This document shows, in pieces, positions 57,235 to 64,000 of a stretch of 64,000 bases of DNA. The notes under the pieces were generated by a model. The model was not told the DNA's origin and did no database searches. It was given only the letters and a program-made list of their open reading frames with translations. The stretch is from a virus: IMG/VR virus record IMGVR_UViG_3300047673_000554, positions 1 to 64,000 of that record. One strand, given 5' to 3'. The translations under genes were made by a program, and so were the position numbers. Within the stretch, counting starts at the first letter, position 1; the number at the start of each line of letters is the position of its first letter.

Positions 57235-58902
57235 TCAATACTTAATGCAGGCAAGGAAGGCGATGTTTTGGGGGCGTGTTTCCGCGCCTCCCGAGTAGCC
57301 AACGGTGACGGCGTGGGCATGATCACCAACAGCTCCGACGGTGATGACGTGCGCGTGGTCGCCGACGGCGCCCACGCTGATGTTGTGGGAGTGGTTACCC
57401 GCTTCGTTGGTGATGTTGGCCGGTTGATCGACCCCGCCGCCGAAATCCGCGAAAGTCCAACTGCCGGGAAAGACGCCCGCCGCACTGGAGTTGTTGACGG
57501 TGTGGGCGTGGTTACCCTGGGCATCTGCCCATGCCGAGTGACCGTGTCCACCAGCAGCCCCTGCATTAGCTGAGTGGCTGTGGCCACCCGCGGCCGCCGA
57601 ACTGCCGGCGTGGTTGTGGGCGCGCGTTTCGTCCGCTTGCGAGCTCCCCAATACCCGGCCGGCATCGATGCCGCGACCGTCATCCAGCACGCGGATGAAC
57701 TTGCCGCGTGGGTCCGGCAGGTTGAACGTGTTGACGCCGTCACCCGCGCCGTAAAGGGTGCCGATCTTGGCGAACAACGCGGCGTACACCGTGCGCGACA
57801 CCGCCGCGCCATTGGCCCGAAACCATCCCGGCGGCGGTGTGGCCATCGCAAAGGTGCCGATGCGCCCGACTTCGGAGTCAGCGATAACCTTGCGCAGGGC
57901 GTTGAGCGCCTTGGTGGTCGCCAGAATCTCGCTGCTGTCCGTACCTGGGTCGTCACTTTTCGCGTTGGGCAGCTCGCCCAGGTCGACGTCGTCTTTGGTC
58001 GTGGCCCGGGCGCGCAGGTTTTCGTAGTCGCCGTTGCGCAGCGCGAATTGCTTGACCAGGGCGCCGGTGATCGGCTCGCTTTGACGCAGATCCGTGATGT
58101 CCTCGGACACCGACACCTGGGCGAGCTCCACCAGGTAATGGGCGGTACCGTTGCTGTCGACGTAGTCCGTCTTCGCGGCGCCGAACACCACCTTCCAGGC
58201 GGCGACCGAGTCGCTGCCCTCGCGGGCCAGCGCAACGTCGAGCCAGGCTTTGACGGGGAGCGCCGGCAGTTGCACCTGGACCGGCTCAGCCAGCTCGACG
58301 CGAATGCCTTCCACGTAGGCAATGCCCGCTTTCACCTGGTACAGGTCAAAACTGCGTTCCATCTGCAGGCTGTCGGCCAGGTAGCAGACCCGACCAAAGA
58401 CGTCGCGGTTGCTCATGCGTTCGCGCAGATCGATGCCGTTCAGGCGAATCGTGAAGTCGTGCTGCCAGGTACTGGCGTCGACGGTGATGCCCGTCAGTGC
58501 CTGGGCACCGTTGAACTCCACCAGGAAGTTGCGGGTGACGTTGTTGCCGATCTGCAGCGGCGGAATGTTCTTGCGCTTCTGCTGCACAGGCACGGTCGCG
58601 ACTGCTAGCAGCACGCCTTCCGACGCTTCCAGGCCAATCCAGTTAAAGTCCCAGTCGCCCACGTCGGAGCCCACCATCAGGCTGTAGATCACCTGATTGG
58701 GGCTGACGTAGCCTTTGCGGTCGTAGGCTTTGGTGAAGACAATCTGAGACGCTGGCGGCTTGCCGGCGGCGCGATCAACCGGGGCGTTCGGATCAAGGCC
58801 TGGCACAAGTGCCAGGACGAAGCGAGCAACCTCGAGCTTCTCCCCGGCGCCTTGCTTCTGGGCAATAAGACTCTCGCCGGCAAGCGTGATGCTAGCTCCC
58901 AT
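57235..58902 (-). CDS. Tail fibre with collar domain and HxH repeats
   Basis: GDWDFNWIGL, PPPGWFRANG, 7 HxH motifs, ETRPQNIA. Confidence 0.88.
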   Translation of the reverse strand: MGASITLAGESLIAQKQGAGEKLEVARFVLALVPGLDPNAPVDRAAGKPPASQIVFTKAYDRKGYVSPNQVIYSLMVGSDVGDWDFNWIGLEASEGVLLAVATVPVQQKRKNIPPLQIGNNVTRNFLVEFNGAQALTGITVDASTWQHDFTIRLNGIDLRERMSNRDVFGRVCYLADSLQMERSFDLYQVKAGIAYVEGIRVELAEPVQVQLPALPVKAWLDVALAREGSDSVAAWKVVFGAAKTDYVDSNGTAHYLVELAQVSVSEDITDLRQSEPITGALVKQFALRNGDYENLRARATTKDDVDLGELPNAKSDDPGTDSSEILATTKALNALRKVIADSEVGRIGTFAMATPPPGWFRANGAAVSRTVYAALFAKIGTLYGAGDGVNTFNLPDPRGKFIRVLDDGRGIDAGRVLGSSQADETRAHNHAGSSAAAGGHSHSANAGAAGGHGHSAWADAQGNHAHTVNNSSAAGVFPGSWTFADFGGGVDQPANITNEAGNHSHNISVGAVGDHAHVITVGAVGDHAHAVTVGYSGGAETRPQNIAFLACIKY

Positions 58903-59503
58903 GGGTGCTCCTAAACGGGTTGTTCAAAAAGGTGAGCAATGCGAGCTCGTTGATCACGACTAGGCGACTGGCGCTGTCGTCCAGGGTGGCAATCAGGGTT
59001 TGTTGGTCGTCGTTAAGATCGGCCACGCCGATGTTCAGCTTCACGGGGGTGATCGTGACAAAGTCGTAGCGCCGGCACGTGCGGCCGTATTGCTGCATCA
59101 GGACGCGCAGCAACACCGGGTTTTCGCTCAGCTGCGTGTCGGACAGGTGCAACAGGACCACGTCCCAATCGAGGTCCGGCAGGCGCTCCTGGATCTCCAC
59201 ATAACCGACGCCCAGGCGTTCGAAAATGCGGACCATGCCGGCGGTGCTGCCCGCGTCCACAGCATTGATGAAGGCGTACTTCACCCGCCGGCGGTAGAGC
59301 TTTTCGGGTTCGCCGTGAAAGCGTTGGATGTCGCGCTGCCAGGCCAGCAGATCGAGCACGCTCAGGTGGCAGGTCTCGGCGTCCATTTGCAGCAACGGCC
59401 AGTGCAGCCAGCCTTCGACCTTGACCCACCAGGCTTGCGCGGCCGCTTTCAGCTTGGCCAGCTCCGGCCCATCCAGCCAAAACGGGAGACTCAACTTAAG
59501 CAT
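58892..59503 (-). CDS. Baseplate/tail protein I-like
   Basis: LDLLAWQRDI, YGRTCRRY. Confidence 0.75.
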   Translation of the reverse strand: MLKLSLPFWLDGPELAKLKAAAQAWWVKVEGWLHWPLLQMDAETCHLSVLDLLAWQRDIQRFHGEPEKLYRRRVKYAFINAVDAGSTAGMVRIFERLGVGYVEIQERLPDLDWDVVLLHLSDTQLSENPVLLRVLMQQYGRTCRRYDFVTITPVKLNIGVADLNDDQQTLIATLDDSASRLVVINELALLTFLNNPFRSTHGS

Positions 59504-60671
59504 TCAACATCACCTCAACCCCGGACAGGCGCGGGATGGTCAGCTTGGAAATGATGTCCGCGTTGTCAAAGTCCAGCGAGTCGATGCCCGGGAATTGCTG
59601 GTGCAGCTCCTCGCCCAAACGGCTGAAGGAGAACCGCGACTGGGGGTGAGTCAGCGTCGGTTGGTAATCACTGGCCGTGCTCTCACGAAATGCGGCGCGG
59701 ATGAACAGCTCGATATCAGATTTCAACGCTGGCCAGCGCTCGGCACCGACTTCGGCCTTGGGCCAGACCGTCAACCTCACCGTATGCAGCGTGGCGGGCA
59801 TCTCCAACACCAAAAGGTCGTCACCGTGACCATGGTTGCCCTGGTCCCGGATGTAGTGGTTGATTTCAGCCAGGAAGGTATCCGCCGGCGAGTCGGCTTC
59901 GAACAGCACAAAGGCATTGGCACTGCCGGGGCCCCGGGGCGCGTTGTGTTCAAAGTAAACGCCGTCGGGCTGCACACCGGGGAACACGGCAATCATGGCG
60001 CGATAGACGGCGTCGGTGTGCCATTGGTTGACGGCCGAGAACTGGTTGCGCACACGCAAACGCAGCTCGTCGTCAGGCTCAGTGTCGGCGCCGGGTTGGC
60101 TCAGCCAACCGTCAGCGTTCACCACCTGGACAACCCCCGGCACCGGCTCCGGCAGAATGGAAAAGTAACCTGGTGCGAGATTGAATCCGCTACCGGCCTG
60201 CTTGGCCCGGGCCAACACCCGGATCTGGGATTCACCGTCGGCAAAGCTGGCCGCTGCCACCGTCACCAGCTCGTAGACGTTGCCGTTGATCGCGATCGAT
60301 TGCACCCGAGTACCGGCCGGCACTTCCAGCAGACCGGCCAGCGCGCTTCGGGTGAACAGCAGCAACCCCTCGGCCTTGGTCGCCGGCTTGCGGGTGACGT
60401 TCACCGCCCAGGCCAACATGTCCAGCCAGGCACCGGCGGCGGTCTTCACGAAAAAGTTCGGCAATACGGTGCCGGCGATAAAGTCGATCAGCCACATGAC
60501 CGGCTTGGTCACCAGGGCGGTGATCACCCGCCAGAACGGTGACCAGGCGCTGGTGTTGCTCAACTTGCTGCCCTGGGCGACGACTTCCAGTTCCCAGGCA
60601 GCGCGCAGCTTAGCCTCGGTCGTCGGAATACCGGCGTCACTCAACGCCTGTTTGAAATCTACGTCACTCAC
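59496..60671 (-). CDS. Baseplate J/gp47
   Basis: GADTEPDDELR, APRGPG. Confidence 0.85.
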   Translation of the reverse strand: MSDVDFKQALSDAGIPTTEAKLRAAWELEVVAQGSKLSNTSAWSPFWRVITALVTKPVMWLIDFIAGTVLPNFFVKTAAGAWLDMLAWAVNVTRKPATKAEGLLLFTRSALAGLLEVPAGTRVQSIAINGNVYELVTVAAASFADGESQIRVLARAKQAGSGFNLAPGYFSILPEPVPGVVQVVNADGWLSQPGADTEPDDELRLRVRNQFSAVNQWHTDAVYRAMIAVFPGVQPDGVYFEHNAPRGPGSANAFVLFEADSPADTFLAEINHYIRDQGNHGHGDDLLVLEMPATLHTVRLTVWPKAEVGAERWPALKSDIELFIRAAFRESTASDYQPTLTHPQSRFSFSRLGEELHQQFPGIDSLDFDNADIISKLTIPRLSGVEVMLNA

Positions 60672-60985
60672 AGCACTACCTCGACAGATCCGAATTCAAC
60701 GGTTTTGGCGGTGACCAGGTATCTGCCCTTCCCCTCTTCCAGGATCCGGACGGTGCCTGGTACCAGGCGCACGTCCGCCTCAACCAGTAGTTCCAGTTGC
60801 TGGATGCAGTCGGCTTGACGGAAACGATCGCGCTCGGCCACCTGCGTCACCAACAAGCCGCTTTCGCGGATCATGTGACCGATGTCCTGGGCGATGCTGG
60901 CCCGATCGTCCACCAGCAATGGCTGATTCGAAGGGTCCAGGGTCAGGTCGTTATTGGTGATCAACAGATCGATATAGAGACTCAT
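60668..60985 (-). CDS. DUF2590 / gp25-like wedge protein
   Basis: SIAQDIGHMIRESG...DVRLVPGT. Confidence 0.75.
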   Translation of the reverse strand: MSLYIDLLITNNDLTLDPSNQPLLVDDRASIAQDIGHMIRESGLLVTQVAERDRFRQADCIQQLELLVEADVRLVPGTVRILEEGKGRYLVTAKTVEFGSVEVVL

Positions 60986-62964
60986 CCGCCTACCCCCATC
61001 GCGACCATGTTTTCCAGCTCCAACGGGGTCAGCGGCTTGGCGGTGTGGATGTTCACGTTTTCAACGTGGGTGCCCTTGTTCTGGCTGTTGGTGTTCTGAA
61101 TGCTGGTCAGCAACCCGCCCGGGGGCACGGCAGAGGCCCGCGACGGTGAAAGGCTGGGGATTGCCGCATTGATGGTCTGCTGGGTTTTCTGCGCGGTGCT
61201 GGCGGCGTTGGCCGCACTAATCGCCGCGTCGACACCGGGCACTTCCGGCATGCCGCCAAAACGCGCTTCGATGTTCACACCCGGGATGCTGTTGATCATC
61301 TCGATCAGGCTGTTGATGGATTTGTAAAAGACGCTGACGATGCTGTCCCACGCGCCCTTGGCCATGCTCGACCAGCCGCCCATGGAGCCGAACCAGTCGG
61401 ACAGCGTTTTGAACTGGTCACTGACCCACTTGAAGGCCTCGCTGTTGAGCAGCGCGGCGGTCCATTCGTCCCAGTAGTAGACGGCGGCAATGACCAGCGC
61501 GACCAGGGCGGCAATCCCCATCACCACGACGCCGATCGGGTTGGCAGTCAGGGCAAAGTTGACCAGCCAGATCGCGCCCTGCCACAGCATCATGGCGCCC
61601 CGAATGACAGCCAGGCCGGCGCTCAGGCCATAGATCACGCCGGTATAGGCCAGGATGGCCAGCTTTTGTAGGACGAAACCTGCAGCGGTGCGCAGATTGA
61701 GCAGCTGCACCACTTTCCACACCGTGACCAACCCAAGCCAAGTGGTCCTGGCGATTCCGACCACAAGGGTGAGCAACGACATGCTGGCCACAATGCCCAG
61801 AACAGTCAGCGTGGTGATGCCGATCACGCGGGTGATATTCGGAAAAATCTGCGTCCAGCGCGTAAGGGTTTTCCCGATACCCACCAGCTTATCCATGAGA
61901 GGCGCCAGGATCGGAATCAGCACCTGGCCGAAGGCAATACGCAACGCCTCGACGGCAGCGGCGAACTGTTGCCACGGATCGACCATGGCTTTGGCCATGT
62001 TCTCGGCGTTCTCCAGGCCTCGGACTTTGCCCAGTTGGTCCATGCCGTTGCGCAGGCGATCAGTGTCCTTGGTCAATGCGGTGATGACGCGGGCGCCCTC
62101 CCCGCCAAAGGCTTCGATCAGCTTGGCGCCGGTACTCGCGCTGTTCAGGTCGCCAAACTTGCCTTCCAGCTTGCCGAGGATGTCGAGCATCGGTAGCAAC
62201 TTGCCGTTCTGGTCGACGAACTTCATCCCCAGCTTTTCCGAAGCCCCGCCGATGTTTTCGAAAAATGATTTGTAGATGCCGCCAGCGTCCCCGCCTTCCA
62301 TGGTGCTGCTGAGTGAGCCGATCACCGCGAACTGCTCGGCCAGGTCCACACCGGCAGTGGTGGCGATCGAGCCGACTTCCTTGAACGCGTCCTTCAACTG
62401 CGCGCCGTCGGTACGGAACAACTGCACTGCCAGCGCCGTTTGGCCGCCGAGTTTCTCCACCCACTCGCCCTTGCCCATGGCGTCGGCCTGGCCTTTGAAC
62501 AGGTTGTACATGGTGCCCACGTAGTGCCCCATTGTTTCGGCGTCGGTCCGGGTCGCCTTGGCCATCACGTCAGAGGCATTGGTGAACACCGCCAACTGGT
62601 TGCCGGTCAGTCCCTTGATGGCGCCCTCAACGGTGGTCGCCGAGGCGACAAAGTCCCGGGCGCTTTCGCCGTAGGTAACCGAAAATTCCAACGCCTTCTG
62701 ATTGAGCGCGGACAACGCATCTTCGGCCACGCCCAGCGAGCGGACCTCGCCCAAGGCGCGGTTCACTTCCAGCGCCGGCGCCAAAGACTCGGTAATGGCC
62801 ACACCGGCACCGACCAGGCCACCCAGCCCCAAGCCCATCGTCTTGATGTTTTTTTCGCTCTTTTCGGCAAGGTCGGAAAACCCCATTTTCACTTTACCCA
62901 GGGGCGCGGTGACCTTGTCGGTCAGACTCAAGATGAAGGCCAGGCGAGCAGCGCGGTCAGCCAT
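60982..62964 (-). CDS. Tail tape measure protein
   Basis: 660 aa, ANPIG and periodic aromatic repeats. Confidence 0.9.
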   Translation of the reverse strand: MADRAARLAFILSLTDKVTAPLGKVKMGFSDLAEKSEKNIKTMGLGLGGLVGAGVAITESLAPALEVNRALGEVRSLGVAEDALSALNQKALEFSVTYGESARDFVASATTVEGAIKGLTGNQLAVFTNASDVMAKATRTDAETMGHYVGTMYNLFKGQADAMGKGEWVEKLGGQTALAVQLFRTDGAQLKDAFKEVGSIATTAGVDLAEQFAVIGSLSSTMEGGDAGGIYKSFFENIGGASEKLGMKFVDQNGKLLPMLDILGKLEGKFGDLNSASTGAKLIEAFGGEGARVITALTKDTDRLRNGMDQLGKVRGLENAENMAKAMVDPWQQFAAAVEALRIAFGQVLIPILAPLMDKLVGIGKTLTRWTQIFPNITRVIGITTLTVLGIVASMSLLTLVVGIARTTWLGLVTVWKVVQLLNLRTAAGFVLQKLAILAYTGVIYGLSAGLAVIRGAMMLWQGAIWLVNFALTANPIGVVVMGIAALVALVIAAVYYWDEWTAALLNSEAFKWVSDQFKTLSDWFGSMGGWSSMAKGAWDSIVSVFYKSINSLIEMINSIPGVNIEARFGGMPEVPGVDAAISAANAASTAQKTQQTINAAIPSLSPSRASAVPPGGLLTSIQNTNSQNKGTHVENVNIHTAKPLTPLELENMVAMGVGG

Positions 62965-62970
62965 GTTTTT

Positions 62971-63165
62971 TTATCCGTTCAGTGCATGAGCGATGCCGTT
63001 AGCCACGGCGATTTCCATGCGTCTCCAGTGTTCGTCCTCCAACCACTTGGCTGCGCCCATCACCTCGGGTGTGGGCTCAGCACCAGGCAGCCAGCGACTG
63101 GACAAGGTCATCAGTTGACCAAGCCCGTCTTCACTCAGGCGCTCAGCGTGCTCGAGTGCTTTTTT
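62971..63165 (-). CDS. -1 frameshift extension of the tail chaperone
   Basis: Slippery A AAA AAG at 63159-63165; -1 frame open to TAA at 62971. Confidence 0.7.
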   Translation of the reverse strand, partial: KKALEHAERLSEDGLGQLMTLSSRWLPGAEPTPEVMGAAKWLEDEHWRRMEIAVANGIAHALNG

Positions 63166-63422
63166 ACGATGATTTCAACGTCCGGCGCGTACTCCTCGAG
63201 CAGCGCACCGGCGATCTGCATCGTCATCACCGGGTTGGCCAGCAGCGTGCGCAGCTCGGTGCGTTGATCGGGCGCCACGGTGTTGCTGAGCAGGTTGTGC
63301 GACGGCGACACCTTGTTGTTGGCGGTCATCGCGTTGAAGTACTTGGTCACGTCCTGCGGGGTCATGGAGAAGGTGAATTCTTTGTCGCCGACTTCCAGGG
63401 TGATATCGCGTTTCTCGGTCAT
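63135..63422 (-). CDS. Tail assembly chaperone
   Basis: NKVSPSHNLL; upstream of the tape measure gene. Confidence 0.8.
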   Translation of the reverse strand: MTEKRDITLEVGDKEFTFSMTPQDVTKYFNAMTANNKVSPSHNLLSNTVAPDQRTELRTLLANPVMTMQIAGALLEEYAPDVEIIVKKHSSTLSA

Positions 63423-63453
63423 CTCGTTGTTCCATTCAGGTTTAAAGGTGAGG

Positions 63454-63921
63454 TCAGCGCAGGCAGATCCGGCGCACGTGGTCCTGCAGGCCCAGGATCA
63501 TTTGCCGACTCAGGGCAAGCTGATTTCTGAGGGTGAAATAATCCGATCGAGCGTCTGCTGTGAGTTCGGCGGTGCCTGCATTAGCCACGCGGCCGGCGTC
63601 GGGTTGGGCGGGCGTTGCGGTGCTGCAGGTGGCGGCGAGGCGCAGCCGCTGACGGCCATCGTCAACAGAGCGGCGCAGGTCATCGTTTTGATTGAGCGCA
63701 TGGCTCAGCTCCTGGGTACGTTGAAGATCGATCGCATCGCGGTCGGCCAACATCTCACCGCTGATGCGGGCCGCTTCGCGCAGGCCTGTAACCTCACGCT
63801 GCACGTCGTCGCGTTCGCGGCGAGCGGTCTCGAGCTGATCGATCACCTGGTCAAACGCGACCCAGACCAGCAGCCCGGACAGCAGAAGAAAAAGGACGAG
63901 GCGCAACGGTGGAATGGTCAT
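63454..63921 (-). CDS. i-spanin (Rz)
   Basis: N-terminal TM + coiled coil. Confidence 0.85.
   Translation of the reverse strand: MTIPPLRLVLFLLLSGLLVWVAFDQVIDQLETARRERDDVQREVTGLREAARISGEMLADRDAIDLQRTQELSHALNQNDDLRRSVDDGRQRLRLAATCSTATPAQPDAGRVANAGTAELTADARSDYFTLRNQLALSRQMILGLQDHVRRICLR
63510..63701 (-). CDS. o-spanin (Rz1), embedded
   Basis: Lipobox AVSGC, Pro-rich PAAWLM. Confidence 0.65.
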   Translation of the reverse strand: MRSIKTMTCAALLTMAVSGCASPPPAAPQRPPNPTPAAWLMQAPPNSQQTLDRIISPSEISLP

Positions 63922-64000
63922 TGCGCGCACAGGCTCGCTTCCGCCAGGCGCCGTGCATGCAGTCCGCGAACAAACTGTTTGCGGCCCTGGGCGTCGGTAA
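63918..64000 (-). CDS. Endolysin (GH24-like), C-terminal fragment
   Basis: ...FVRGLHARRLAEASLCAQ*, overlapping the Rz start. Confidence 0.65.
   Translation of the reverse strand, partial: TDAQGRKQFVRGLHARRLAEASLCAQ

Larger units (their letters stand above)
46427..64000 (-). mobile_element. Prophage 2 (HP1/K139-like myovirus), partial
   Basis: Gene order lysin-Rz-chaperone-TMP-DUF2590-J-I-fibre-hub-spike; cos-like site; att at the left end. Confidence 0.75.

Overview
Pseudomonas-type accessory region made of two GC-rich prophages embedded in an AT-rich defence hotspot. Prophage 1 (~3926-43978, ~40 kb) is bounded by a 14-bp direct repeat that matches the dusA attachment core. It has a lambda-like cos, terminase, portal and capsid, a P2/R-pyocin-like contractile tail, split lysis genes, a cI/cro switch, a TOPRIM-VapE primase/helicase and a tyrosine integrase. 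Prophage 2 (from a tRNA-Gly(CCC) att fragment at ~46.4 kb to beyond the window end) is HP1/K139-like; only its cargo end, tail and lysis genes are visible. Cargo looks mainly anti-phage: a lone HEPN protein, SMEK-TPR, DUF262/ParB-like + HEPN, an Hna-like helicase-nuclease, a soluble + membrane protein pair, NACHT, an attC-bearing HEPN cassette, and a nuclease fused to an EF-Tu-domain-II-like barrel. Two non-coding signals stand out. The first is a putative multi-hairpin antisense RNA (33.8-34.07 kb) whose UGUGGUG loops are complementary to CACCACA motifs at start regions of the early-left operon. The second is a family of ~25-bp dyad sites flanking the cargo genes next to a tyrosine-recombinase relic, suggesting an integron-like cassette system. 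All family assignments come from motifs read by eye; no database searches were run.
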